In this document: positions 54,773 to 64,000 of the stretch, piece by piece
Layout: each line of letters opens with the position of its first letter
How positions within the stretch are numbered: position 1 is the first letter of the stretch
Source: Candidatus Multivorans sp.
GTDB lineage: Bacteria > Acidobacteriota > Thermoanaerobaculia > Multivoradales > Multivoraceae
DNA length: 64,000 bases
Assembly (NCBI GenBank): GCA_965203495.1
Contig: CBDBDB010000017.1
Span: 91,674 to 155,673, forward strand
Direction of reading: 5' to 3'
Notes under the pieces: model-generated
What the model was told of the DNA's origin: nothing
Databases searched by the model: none
The model's input: only the letters and a program-made list of their open reading frames with translations
Made by a program: the position numbers and the translations under genes

Positions 54773-54935
54773 CGGGCTGGCGGCGTCCGCCGCCGTCGGG
54801 CTGAGCTGTCGCGCGGGGAACCACCCGGAAGGCCGACGAAGGCGTCGGCGGACGCAGTGCGAGGCTGTTCGGCTCCACGCAACCTTCCAGCCGGGACGCA
54901 CTGGGCGCGCCGGCGTCCCCGCCGGCATTCGGCGC
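54770..54935 (+). repeat. Repeat family A, copy 4
   Basis: Aligns with the reverse complement of 3128-3290; lies between convergent gatB and the TPR gene. Confidence 0.75.
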
Positions 54936-54974
54936 GAAGCGCGGGGCGATCTGACCCGCTGACGGCGCGGCCGC

Positions 54975-56159
54975 CTATCGGCGCGGCGGCTCGTTCGTCG
55001 CTCCGGGAACCTCTTCGAGTTGCCGGCGGAGATCGTCGCGCTGACGCTCGAGTTCCTTGATGTTCGCGTTGTATTCGTCGACGTCCTTGTTCTCCTGAGC
55101 GATCTGCCGGTTCTCGCGCACCCGCTCGGCGCCAGCCGCGTTGCCGGCCCGTTCGTACGCCGAGATCGCGAGGTCGTACTTGTTCTGCTTCGACAGCACA
55201 AAACCGAGATAGCCGAGGATCTCCTTCTCGTCGGCTTCATCCGAGGCCAGAGGCAGAGCGGCGTTCAGAGGACCTTCGGCGTCGCTGAAGCGCTCGAGCG
55301 AACCGTAGGCCTGCCCCAGGTAGAAGTGGGAGTGCCAGTCGTTGCGCTTCTTCGAGATCGCCTGCTGGAACGTCGATGCCGCCGAGTCGTAGCTCTTGGC
55401 GCCGAGCTGCACCTCGCCGAGAAGGAGGAGGTTGTCGTACGAGGCGCTGGTCCCCACCAGACTCCTGGCGTAGTTCTCGGCCTTGCGGTACACGCCGACC
55501 TTTTCGGAGCCCGAGGTGCTCCGGCCCTTGAGCTTCAGCGCGTTCACCAGCGTCGTCTTCCAGTCCGAGTTGCCGCCGTCCATCGATACCGCCCGCTCGT
55601 AGGCGGCAATCGCGGGATCGAGTTGGGCATCGTTCTGGAGCATCCGGCCGTACTCGAAGCGGGCCTCCGCATCGCTGGGCTGGAGATCGGCGACCCTGCC
55701 GAGGTCGGCCGCCGCGCTGCCCGTGTTGCCCAACCGCGCGTAGCTGGCGCCGCGCATCTTGTACACCTGAAGCTGATGCTTGGGCGGGAGACCTCCGATG
55801 TTCAACCTGCTGAGCGTGGAGATGCTCTCCCTGTGCTTGCCGCTCAGGTGCAAGGCCCTCCCCAGGTAGAGCCGGTCGGCAGGGTTCTCTCCCTTCAGTT
55901 CCAGCGCCTTCTCCAGCGGCCCAACGGCCTCGCCGGGACGTCTGGCTGAAATCAGCGAAAGCCCCAGCATCTGGTAGCCGGCGTGCTCGTCGGGGCGTTC
56001 CTCGACAAACTGCTGGAACTCGGCGATCGCCCGGGCGTAGTCGCCGGTCTTGAAGGCGGCGACGCCTTCTTCGTAGCCGGCGGCGGCGATCGACGCGGTC
56101 AGCAGAAGACCGAGCGCCGTCAGCGCGGATACGGATCGAGGATTGGTCGTGTTCATCAT
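54975..56159 (-). CDS. Exported TPR-repeat protein
   Basis: Signal peptide and many TPR helices; last gene of the exbB-exbD-exbD-tonB run. Confidence 0.85.
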   Translation of the reverse strand: MMNTTNPRSVSALTALGLLLTASIAAAGYEEGVAAFKTGDYARAIAEFQQFVEERPDEHAGYQMLGLSLISARRPGEAVGPLEKALELKGENPADRLYLGRALHLSGKHRESISTLSRLNIGGLPPKHQLQVYKMRGASYARLGNTGSAAADLGRVADLQPSDAEARFEYGRMLQNDAQLDPAIAAYERAVSMDGGNSDWKTTLVNALKLKGRSTSGSEKVGVYRKAENYARSLVGTSASYDNLLLLGEVQLGAKSYDSAASTFQQAISKKRNDWHSHFYLGQAYGSLERFSDAEGPLNAALPLASDEADEKEILGYLGFVLSKQNKYDLAISAYERAGNAAGAERVRENRQIAQENKDVDEYNANIKELERQRDDLRRQLEEVPGATNEPPRR

Positions 56160-56178
56160 CGGGACGTGGTCCTCAGCT

Positions 56179-56928
56179 CTACTGCAGCTGGAAGTTGACG
56201 GTCAGGTTGAGGAACACGGCGACCGGCTTGCCGTTCAGCGTCGCCGGCTTGTACTTCCACTGCCGCACGGCCGCCTCCGCGGCTTCCGAAAGGCCCATCG
56301 GCAGCGGTCTCAGAACCTTGACGTTGGTGACGTCGCCGTTCTTGTCGATCGTCGCCTGGAGAATGACATGACCTTGAATCCGTGCCTTGCGCGCAATCTC
56401 GGTGTACTGGGGCCGGATGTCGTGTTCCGGGATCTTCTCCGGGTGCTTCACGTCGCCGGTGATGTGGATGGGGCCGGACGGTTCCGGCGGCGGCGGCGCC
56501 TCGGGGAGGTCGAAGAGATCGAGATCGTCCACCTGGGGGATGTCGATCTCCTCGGGTTCGTCGATCCGGATCGGCTCCGGCTCGTCGGGCGTGGGATCGG
56601 GGATCGGCACCTTCTTGGACTTCGGCTTCGGAATCTGCTGCTCTTCCTTCGGCGGCGGCGGCTTGAAGCGCACCTGCTGCACGACAAAGACCTTGGGCTT
56701 CGGCGGCGGCGCCACCGCGGACCCGTACACGTCGGGCAGCTTCACGATCAGCAGAATCCCGTGGAGGATGACCGCCAGCCCCAGCGAATAACGAAAGGTC
56801 CTGTTGTCCTCGCTGGTCCCCTGCTCGTAGGTCAGCAGACCCTGTTCGGCGAAAGTCAGCGCGGACGGCTCGTCGCTGGCGGGCGGCTCCGCGGAAGATG
56901 CGGCCTGTTCGAGGTTCTCGTCACTCAT
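56179..56928 (-). CDS. tonB: Energy transducer TonB
   Basis: TM with His, Pro-rich linker, PQYTEIARKARIQG.V..AVRQWKYKPA. Confidence 0.9.
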   Translation of the reverse strand: MSDENLEQAASSAEPPASDEPSALTFAEQGLLTYEQGTSEDNRTFRYSLGLAVILHGILLIVKLPDVYGSAVAPPPKPKVFVVQQVRFKPPPPKEEQQIPKPKSKKVPIPDPTPDEPEPIRIDEPEEIDIPQVDDLDLFDLPEAPPPPEPSGPIHITGDVKHPEKIPEHDIRPQYTEIARKARIQGHVILQATIDKNGDVTNVKVLRPLPMGLSEAAEAAVRQWKYKPATLNGKPVAVFLNLTVNFQLQ

Positions 56929-57020
56929 CCGGTTGCCCCTCTTCGGTCAGGTTCTCGCGGGTATCTGTAGCGTGGTGTCCTGTTTCAACGTCCAGCCGGT
57001 TTCGGCCTATTCCGGCTTCC

Positions 57021-57458
57021 CTAGTACCAGAAGCTCTGGATTTCGCGCTGTGTCGGCACCGAGATGTTGATCGGCTCCGCCAGTCCGTGATCCTCGCCCT
57101 GGCGCAGCTCGTCGTACACCTGGACCATGTACCGGTACGGCGTCGCCGTATCGGGCCGGATGATCACCGGCTTCTTCGGGTTCCGCTCGAGCTTCGGCTT
57201 CAGGTAGGGGATGATCTCGTGCAACTGCATCGGATCCTGGTCGACGATCAACTCGCCGGTCGGCAGGATCGAGATCAGCACCGACTCCTCCTTCTCGACC
57301 ACCGGCGGATCGTCCTCATCCTCGGGCAGCGCGAAGTCCAGTCCGCGCGTGGCGGTGAACGTCGTCGTCACCATGAAGAAGACGATCAGCAGGAAGGCGA
57401 TGTCCGCCATCGACGAGGTCGGGATCTCATCGTCCGGGCGATCGCGATCAAGTTTCAT
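57021..57458 (-). CDS. exbD: ExbD/TolR biopolymer transport protein
   Basis: SMADIAFLLIVFFMV. Confidence 0.9.
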   Translation of the reverse strand: MKLDRDRPDDEIPTSSMADIAFLLIVFFMVTTTFTATRGLDFALPEDEDDPPVVEKEESVLISILPTGELIVDQDPMQLHEIIPYLKPKLERNPKKPVIIRPDTATPYRYMVQVYDELRQGEDHGLAEPINISVPTQREIQSFWY

Positions 57459-57533
57459 CTTGCGCCTCCATCCATCGGCTGCATCCGGTTTCCGGTCTCC
57501 TTGCCGCTTCGAGACTGCAACGCCTCGTCAAGC

Positions 57534-57962
57534 CTACATGTCGTCGACGGTCCGCTGATCCGACAGCAGGTAGACGTCCCGGACCTTGGCCCGCTTCAAC
57601 GCGTCGATCACTTCGTCTACCTTCAACCAGTTCACGTCGCCGTGCGCCTTGACGACGAAGACCTTTCGCGGGTCCCTCGCGATCACGCCGGCCGCCATCG
57701 AGAGAACTTCGTCGGCCGCGCTGACCAGCGCGCTCTGCTCCGTGCCGTCGGAGGCCCGGATGCGCCCGTTCGAGTCGATCGAAACGTAGGCGGACTGCTT
57801 CGGGATCTCGTACCTGAGGGTCGTCTTCGGCAGCGTCACCTGGGTCTTGTCGACCTCGAAGGTGATCGTCAGCATGAAGAAGATGATCAGCAGGAAGGCG
57901 ATATCCGCCATCGACGCCGTCGGGATGTTCGGCTTGTGCTCGATGGTTGCCTTGAGCTTCAT
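57534..57962 (-). CDS. exbD: ExbD/TolR biopolymer transport protein
   Basis: SMADIAFLLIIFFML. Confidence 0.9.
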   Translation of the reverse strand: MKLKATIEHKPNIPTASMADIAFLLIIFFMLTITFEVDKTQVTLPKTTLRYEIPKQSAYVSIDSNGRIRASDGTEQSALVSAADEVLSMAAGVIARDPRKVFVVKAHGDVNWLKVDEVIDALKRAKVRDVYLLSDQRTVDDM

Positions 57963-57997
57963 GTCGGTTCGTTCGGTTGAAACCGGGAAGAAGGCCG

Positions 57998-58663
57998 CTA
58001 GCCGGCTTCGCCGCCGGACTCCGGCGGGATGCCGCTGCGCTCCATCTCGCCGAACGTCTCGAGCAGCATGTTCGCCGAGGTCTCGATGTCGCGGACGAAC
58101 TTGTTGATCCGGCTCATGAAGTAGTTGTAGGCGAGCTGGGTGGGAATGGCGACCGCCAGACCGCCGGCGGTCGTGGTCAGCGCCTCCTTGATGCCGGTAG
58201 CGACCGCGCCGGGGTTCGACAGACCCTGTGCCGCCAAGGCGTCGAAGCCGGCCATCATGCCGGTCACCGTGCCGAAGAAGCCGAGCAACGGGGCGACGTT
58301 GGCCGTCGTCGCCAGCACCGCGAGGCCGCGCTCGAGACGGCCCATCTCGAACAGCGCCGCGTTCTCGATCGTCTTCTCGACGTCTTCCTTGGGCTGGCCG
58401 TACTTCATCAGACCGGCCTTGAGGATCGAGGCGACCGGTCCGCGGTACTCCTCGCAGACCTTGACCGCTTCACGAATCGAGCGGTTGACGACCAGCGCCT
58501 TCCGTACCTTGGGAAGAAACTCGTGAACGTTGATCCGCGCCCGCCGCAGGGCTACCAGCCGCTCCACCACCACCGCGGCCGCGATGACGGAGAAAGCGAG
58601 CAGCGGCCACATGACGGGGCCGCCCTCGTTCATCAACTTCCAGAACGTGCCACCAATGTTCAC
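57998..58663 (-). CDS. exbB: MotA/TolQ/ExbB proton channel
   Basis: GGPVMWPL, APLLGFFGTVTGM, EALTTTAGGL. Confidence 0.92.
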   Translation of the reverse strand: MNIGGTFWKLMNEGGPVMWPLLAFSVIAAAVVVERLVALRRARINVHEFLPKVRKALVVNRSIREAVKVCEEYRGPVASILKAGLMKYGQPKEDVEKTIENAALFEMGRLERGLAVLATTANVAPLLGFFGTVTGMMAGFDALAAQGLSNPGAVATGIKEALTTTAGGLAVAIPTQLAYNYFMSRINKFVRDIETSANMLLETFGEMERSGIPPESGGEAG

Positions 58664-58831
58664 CTAGCTACCTCCTCAGAACTGCGCCCGCCGACGGGCC
58701 TGGTTGAACCGCCCGCCGAAAGGCGGGCCCGATTCTGGTCATGCGGTGACCCCTACACCGGAAGGGGCGCCGGGTTCACCTTGGAACGGTCGGGCAATAT
58801 AGCACACGGGTTCGTCGCCGGAACCGCCCGG

Positions 58832-59347
58832 TCAACCGCGTTCCGGCGACGCTCGGGCCGCCTCGACGACGCGTTCCAGAGGCCTCCGGTGGACATAGCA
58901 GAGAGCAACGGCCAGCGCGTCGGACGCGTCGACGCTGCGCGGCGACGGCGATGGCCCCAGAAGCGCGTCGATCATCCGGGAGACCTGGGTCTTGTCGGCC
59001 CGGCCACTGCCGCAGACGGCCTGCTTGACGTGGGCCGGGGAATACTCGTGGACCTTCAGGCCATGGCGCCCGAGGACGGACAGGATGACGCCCCTGGACT
59101 GAGCCAACGCGATCAGGGAGCGACTGTTGCGACCATGAAACAACGTCTCCAGAACCGCCGCCTCCGGCCGCCAGCGTTCGAGCGTCTCCTCCACCCCTTC
59201 GGCCAATCGCGCCATGCGCGCCGCCGGCGTGGGCTCGGCGGCGAGAACGATCCGGCCCGAGGCCAGGCGCCGGACGCTCGGTCCTTCCTGTTCCACCACG
59301 CCGAACCCCGCGTAGCGACTCCCGGGATCGATGCCGAGCACGATCAC
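58832..59347 (-). CDS. ruvC: Holliday junction resolvase
   Basis: VLGIDPGS, ETLF, VKQAVCGSGRADKTQV, DASDALAVA. Confidence 0.93.
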   Translation of the reverse strand: MIVLGIDPGSRYAGFGVVEQEGPSVRRLASGRIVLAAEPTPAARMARLAEGVEETLERWRPEAAVLETLFHGRNSRSLIALAQSRGVILSVLGRHGLKVHEYSPAHVKQAVCGSGRADKTQVSRMIDALLGPSPSPRSVDASDALAVALCYVHRRPLERVVEAARASPERG

Positions 59348-59366
59348 GGAAGCGCCCCGGAGACGG

Positions 59367-60131
59367 TCAGGACGCCAGCTGCTCGAGCAGCTCGTCGTCG
59401 ACGTCGAAGTTGGCCCAGACGTTCTGCACGTCTTCCTGATCCTCCAGAGCATCGATCAGACGCCCAAGCGGACCCGCGCCCGCCTCGTCGATCCGGACCA
59501 GGTTCCGCGGTTCCATCGTCAGTTGCGCGACGGTCGGGGTCAGGCCGCGATCCTCGATCGCGTCCTTCGTCGCATGGAACGCCTCGACCGAGGTGTAGAC
59601 GCCGCAGGTCCCTTCCTCGACCGCGACGTCCTCGGCCTCCAGCTCGAGAGCCAGGTCGACCAGCGCCTCCTCGTCCACCCCGGCGCTCTCGAGGGCGGCT
59701 CGATCGAAGGCGAAGAAGCCGCGACGCTGGAACATCCAGGCGACGCAGCCGTTCTCGCCCAGGCTTCCGCCGTGCTGGGCGAAGACGCGCCTGACCTCGG
59801 AAACGGTCCGATTCCGGTTGTCTGTGAGGGTTTCCACGAGCACCGCCACGCCGCCGGGGCCGTACCCCTCGTAGGCGACCTCCTCGTAGGACACGCCCTC
59901 AAGCTCTCCGACGCCCTTCCTGATCGCCCTGTCGATGTTGTCTCCCGGCACGTTCCGCGATCTGGCCTCCGACAGGGCGTGACGGAGCCTCGGGTTGCCC
60001 GCGGGATCGCCGCCGCCGAGCCGGGCGGCGACCGAAACCTCCTTCAGGATGCGTGTGAAGACCCGGCCGCGACGGGCATCCTGCGCCGCCTTCTTGTGCT
60101 TGATCGTGCTCCACTTGCTGTGACCCGACAT
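59367..60131 (-). CDS. yebC: YebC/PmpR family protein
   Basis: MSGHSKWSTIKHKK, YEGYGPGG, TDNRNRT, DVQNVWAN. Confidence 0.95.
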   Translation of the reverse strand: MSGHSKWSTIKHKKAAQDARRGRVFTRILKEVSVAARLGGGDPAGNPRLRHALSEARSRNVPGDNIDRAIRKGVGELEGVSYEEVAYEGYGPGGVAVLVETLTDNRNRTVSEVRRVFAQHGGSLGENGCVAWMFQRRGFFAFDRAALESAGVDEEALVDLALELEAEDVAVEEGTCGVYTSVEAFHATKDAIEDRGLTPTVAQLTMEPRNLVRIDEAGAGPLGRLIDALEDQEDVQNVWANFDVDDELLEQLAS

Positions 60132-60154
60132 GACGGCTGTAGTCTATCCCGCCG
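60132..60154. promoter_or_regulatory. Candidate bidirectional -10 element between yebC and folC
   Basis: TAGTCT (+) and TAGACT (-) overlap, each 9 nt from its start codon. Confidence 0.5.
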
Positions 60155-61504
60155 GTGACCGGCGAAACCCGACCCTCGGCGAACGAGATCCTCGACCGCC
60201 TGGAAGTCTGGGGACGGAAGCTCGGCCTTGAAGCGACGCGGCGCCTCCTCGACGCGCTCGGCAAGCCGCAGCGTCGGGCGCCGACCGCGCTGGTCGCGGG
60301 AACCAACGGCAAGGGCTCGACCAGCGCCGCGCTGGCTTCGATCCTCAGCGCCGCCGGCTTCCGTTGCGGCCTCTACACGTCACCCCACCTCGAGCGCGTC
60401 GAGGAAAGGCTGCGAATCGACGGCGCGGCGATATCGGAAGCCGAACTCGGGCACTGGCTCAGGCGCGTGCTGGATGCCGCCGGCAAGGCGGCGCCGACCT
60501 ACTTCGAGAGCCTGACCGCGGCGGCCTGGCTGCACTTCGCCCATCAGGGCGTGGACGCCGCGGTGTTCGAGGTCGGCCTGGGCGGTCGACTCGACGCGAC
60601 GAACGTCTCTGACCCGCTGCTCTCCGTCATCACCCACGTGGCGCGCGACCACGCGGCGCAACTCGGCTGGACCCTGACCTCCATCGCCGGCGAGAAGGCC
60701 GGCGTGATGCGCTCCGGCCGCAGCTGCCTGACCTGGCCCGGCCGGCCGGAGGTGGAGCGCGAGCTCCGCCGTTGCGCGGCCGTCAGCGGCGCGCGTCTCG
60801 TCGACGCGGCAGCCGGGGTTCGGTTCGAGCGCCGGTTCGACGCCGGACACGTTTCGTTGACCACGCCGAACGCCCGGTACCGGTTCCGGACGCCCCTGGC
60901 CGGGGACCACCAGTTCGCCAACCTCGCCCTGGCGGTCCGCTCCGCGGAGGAGTTCTGCGCCCTCACGGGACGAGACCTCGACCCGGAGGCCGTCACGCGA
61001 GGCCTCGAGGCGGTGCGCTGGCCGGGCCGCCTGGAATGGGTCGAGGCGGAAACCAGCGGCGGGCGGCGCCGAGTGCTCTTCGACGCCGCCCACAATCCCG
61101 CGGGCGCGGCCGCGCTCCACTCCCACCTCGATGAGACCGAACCGCGGTTCGACCTGCTGTACGGGTCTCTCGCGGAGAAGCGCCCGGAACGGAGCCTTCC
61201 CCTGTTGGCGCAAAGGGCGGGCCGGATCGTCCTGACGGACTTCGACCATCCCCGGGCGGCGGCGCCGGACACGCTGGCGTCGCTCCTTCCCGCCGGCCGA
61301 GCCGCCGTTGCCGCCAACGCCGCGGAGGCACTCGAACGCTGCCTCGAGGCGCCCTCGAACCCAACGCAAGCCCTGGTCGTCACGGGATCCCTCTACCTCG
61401 TGGGGGAGGTCCGCGGCGCGCTTCGCCGCCACTGCGGCGTGCCGACCGCGGCGAGGAAGCTCCTCACCGGTTTCAACCCGCGGACCGACGACAACCAGCC
61501 GTAG
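60155..61504 (+). CDS. folC: Folylpolyglutamate synthase / dihydrofolate synthase
   Basis: VAGTNGKGS, YTSPHL, EVGLGGRLDATN, WPGR, DAAHN, TGSLYLVG. Confidence 0.95.
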   Translation: MTGETRPSANEILDRLEVWGRKLGLEATRRLLDALGKPQRRAPTALVAGTNGKGSTSAALASILSAAGFRCGLYTSPHLERVEERLRIDGAAISEAELGHWLRRVLDAAGKAAPTYFESLTAAAWLHFAHQGVDAAVFEVGLGGRLDATNVSDPLLSVITHVARDHAAQLGWTLTSIAGEKAGVMRSGRSCLTWPGRPEVERELRRCAAVSGARLVDAAAGVRFERRFDAGHVSLTTPNARYRFRTPLAGDHQFANLALAVRSAEEFCALTGRDLDPEAVTRGLEAVRWPGRLEWVEAETSGGRRRVLFDAAHNPAGAAALHSHLDETEPRFDLLYGSLAEKRPERSLPLLAQRAGRIVLTDFDHPRAAAPDTLASLLPAGRAAVAANAAEALERCLEAPSNPTQALVVTGSLYLVGEVRGALRRHCGVPTAARKLLTGFNPRTDDNQP

Positions 61505-61530
61505 CAGCTGAAGCCAGCGTGGCTGGGCCG

Positions 61531-61983
61531 CTAGCTGGATTGGCTGAATCGGACCGCGCCGTCGATCTTCGCCACGCGGACGGCGTGGCGGTCGCCGTCG
61601 AACGGCGTGTCGAGGAAGACGTTCAGCAGTTCGGTCGCCTGGCCGACGCCGAGGACGCGGGCGCCGAGGGCCAGGACGTTCGCGTCGTTGTGGGCGCGAG
61701 ACATGCGCGCCGTGTAGCTGTCGGCGGGGCTGACGGCCCGGACGCCCGGGAACCGGTTCGCGGACATCGCCATGCCGACTCCCGTGCCGCAGACAAGGAG
61801 GCCGCGGTCCACCTCGCCGGCGGCAACGGCGCGCGCGACCTGAGCCGCCTTGTCCGGGTAGTCCACGGGCGCGGACCCGTCGGCGCCGAAGTCCACGAAC
61901 TCGATGCCGCGGTTCCGCAGCACTTCGCCGAGCTGGTTTTTCAGTGCGACTCCGGCGTGATCGGCGCCGACCGCGAACTTCAT
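61531..61983 (-). CDS. rpiB: Ribose-5-phosphate isomerase B
   Basis: GADHAG, VDYPD, CGTGVG, RAHNDANVL. Confidence 0.94.
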   Translation of the reverse strand: MKFAVGADHAGVALKNQLGEVLRNRGIEFVDFGADGSAPVDYPDKAAQVARAVAAGEVDRGLLVCGTGVGMAMSANRFPGVRAVSPADSYTARMSRAHNDANVLALGARVLGVGQATELLNVFLDTPFDGDRHAVRVAKIDGAVRFSQSS

Positions 61984-62020
61984 CCGCCGCTCCGCCTTCC
62001 GGCCGCCATTCCCCTCGCTC

Positions 62021-62530
62021 TCATTCCTGAAGCGCGGCCGCGTCCCGCCGCACACGCTCGTCCGCCGCGGCAACGCGCTCTCCCATCCGACCGCGGTAGC
62101 CCTTCATGGCGGCGGCCAGGTCCGGATCGCCGAGCGCCAGGATCTGGAGAGCCAGCAACGCGGCGTTGTCGGCCCGGTTCACGCCCACCGTGGCGACCGG
62201 GATCCCGGGCGGCATCTGAACGATGGAGAGCAGGGCGTCGACCCCGTTCAGAGGGCCGTTCGCGACGGGAACGCCAACCACCGGCAACGTCGTCGCGGCC
62301 GCCACGACGCCCGGAAGCGCCGCCGCGCCGCCGGCGCCGGCGATCAACACGCCGATGCCGCGCCCCATGGCGTCCTCGGCCCACTCGGCCGTCTGCCGCG
62401 GCGTCCGGTGCGCGGACAGCACGCGCGCCTCGCAGCCCACGCCGAAGTCCGCGCACACCTTGGCCGCGGCCTTCATCGTCGGCCAGTCCGAGTCGCTGCC
62501 CATGACGATACCCACTCTGACGTCGCTCAT
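62021..62530 (-). CDS. purE: N5-CAIR mutase
   Basis: MGSDSD, SAHRTP, AGAGGAAALPG, SIVQMPPGIPVATV. Confidence 0.95.
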   Translation of the reverse strand: MSDVRVGIVMGSDSDWPTMKAAAKVCADFGVGCEARVLSAHRTPRQTAEWAEDAMGRGIGVLIAGAGGAAALPGVVAAATTLPVVGVPVANGPLNGVDALLSIVQMPPGIPVATVGVNRADNAALLALQILALGDPDLAAAMKGYRGRMGERVAAADERVRRDAAALQE

Positions 62531-62586
62531 TTGTTCCTGGCCTCCGCCTTGCCCGTGGTGACGTGTGTCTGGCCCCGCGGCCGCTG

Positions 62587-64000
62587 CTACAGAGGAATGC
62601 CGCCGTGCTTCTTCGCCGGAACGCCGCGGCGCTTGCCGGCGAGTTGACGCAACGCGCGCACGATCTCGCCGCGCGTCGCGCGCGGGGCGATCACGGCGTC
62701 CACGAAGCCGCGCTCGGCGGCGACGTACGGATTCGAGAACTTCTCCCGATACTCGGCGGTCAACCGCTCGCGCAACGCTTCCGGATCGACCGCCTCCCGG
62801 ATCTGCTGGCGGTACAGGATGTTGACCGCGCCGCTGGGACCCATGACCGCGATCTCGGCGGTCGGAAACGCCAGGTTGACGTCCGTCCGCAGGTGCTTGC
62901 TGGCCATGACGCAGTACGCGCCGCCGTAGGCCTTGCGCGTGATGACCGTGATCTTCGGCACGGTCGCCTCGGCGAACGCGTAGAGCAGTTTGGCGCCGTT
63001 CCGGATGATGCCGCCGTGTTCCTGCCGCACTCCGGGCAGGAAGCCGGGAACGTCCTCGAAGGTAACGAGCGGAATGTTGAAGGCGTCGCAGAAGCGTACG
63101 AAGCGGCCGCCCTTGACCGCCGCGTCGATGTCGAGCACGCCCGCCAGGTAGTTCGGCTGGTTGGCGACGACACCCACGCTCCGGCCGCCCATGTGAGCGA
63201 AACCGACAACGATGTTCCGCGCGAAGTTCCGGTGGACTTCGAGAAACCGCCCGTCGTCGACGACCGCCCGGATCAGGTCGAGGATGTCGTACGGCCTGTT
63301 CGGATCTGCGGGAACCAGCTCGTCGAGTTCCGGCGCCTCCCGATCGTCCGGGTCGTCGGTCGAACGGAGCGGCGGATCGTCGAGGTTGTTGCCGGGCAGA
63401 TAGCCGAGCAGCTCGCGGATCAGAGCCAGACAGGCGGCGTCGTCCGACGACGTGAAGTGAGCCACGCCGCTCTTGCGCGCATGCGCCATCGCGCCGCCGA
63501 GCTCCTCCATCGAGACATCCTCGTGGGTCACCGTCTGGACGACGTCCGGCCCGGTGACGAACATGTAGCTCGTGCCCTCGACCATCAGCACGAAATCCGT
63601 GATGGCCGGCGAGTAGACGGCGCCGCCGGCGCAGGGGCCCATGATGGCGCTGATCTGCGGAATCACGCCCGACGACAGCGTATTGCGAAGGAAGATGTCG
63701 GCATAGCCGCCGAGCGAAGCCACCCCTTCCTGGATGCGCGCGCCGCCCGAGTCGTTCAGGCCCACCACCGGAGCGCCGTTCTCCAACGCCAAGTCCATCA
63801 CCTTGCAGATCTTGCGGGCGTTCGTCTCGGACAGCGAACCGCCGAACACCGTGAAGTCCTGGGCGAACACGTAGACCGGACGCTCGCCTATGCGGCCATG
63901 GCCGCAGACCACGCCGTCGCCGGCGACGCGCTGCTCGTCCATTCCGAAATCCGTGCAGCGGTGCGTCACCAAGGCGTCGATCTCGACCCAGGAACCGGGG
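62587..64000 (-). CDS. Acyl-CoA (propionyl-CoA-type) carboxylase carboxyltransferase beta subunit, 5' end outside the window
   Basis: [55 protein letters not shown]. Confidence 0.93.
   Translation of the reverse strand, partial: PGSWVEIDALVTHRCTDFGMDEQRVAGDGVVCGHGRIGERPVYVFAQDFTVFGGSLSETNARKICKVMDLALENGAPVVGLNDSGGARIQEGVASLGGYADIFLRNTLSSGVIPQISAIMGPCAGGAVYSPAITDFVLMVEGTSYMFVTGPDVVQTVTHEDVSMEELGGAMAHARKSGVAHFTSSDDAACLALIRELLGYLPGNNLDDPPLRSTDDPDDREAPELDELVPADPNRPYDILDLIRAVVDDGRFLEVHRNFARNIVVGFAHMGGRSVGVVANQPNYLAGVLDIDAAVKGGRFVRFCDAFNIPLVTFEDVPGFLPGVRQEHGGIIRNGAKLLYAFAEATVPKITVITRKAYGGAYCVMASKHLRTDVNLAFPTAEIAVMGPSGAVNILYRQQIREAVDPEALRERLTAEYREKFSNPYVAAERGFVDAVIAPRATRGEIVRALRQLAGKRRGVPAKKHGGIPL

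Overview
This is a very GC-rich bacterial chromosomal window. The gene content (BamD, TonB/ExbBD, GT9 heptosyltransferase, planctomycete-type cytochrome c, PASTA protein beside rpe) suggests a diderm, probably Acidobacteriota-like; this taxonomic call is inference only. Bases 1-16,300 are accessory. They hold an RGPP-ending CxxC leader ORF in front of a His-rich ZnuD-like TonB receptor, then an island between convergent tRNA-Glu and tRNA-Ser. The island carries an SDR, an AAA/DUF4143 ATPase, two heme c + type-II copper monooxygenase paralogs, a cytochrome c/PQQ-dehydrogenase pair, a broken vapBC and several gene remnants. The rest is mostly housekeeping: serS, a glycosyltransferase/WcaJ locus, purD, uvrD/pcrA, glmU, truA-cdsA-dxr-rseP-rpe-bamD, gatB, exbBD-tonB, ruvC-yebC, folC, rpiB, purE, a carboxylase beta subunit and a 4-tRNA cluster. 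Two IS1634 copies interrupt it, each abutting a dispersed palindromic repeat. The best candidates for new biology are: (i) a putative ascorbate-independent copper-monooxygenase system with its own electron-supply genes, (ii) a metal-sensing ribosome-arrest leader, (iii) two repeat families and the IS1634 insertions at their CTAG-type ends, and (iv) CTG starts with CTGA coupling and symmetric bidirectional promoters. All calls come from reading motifs by eye; no database searches were run.
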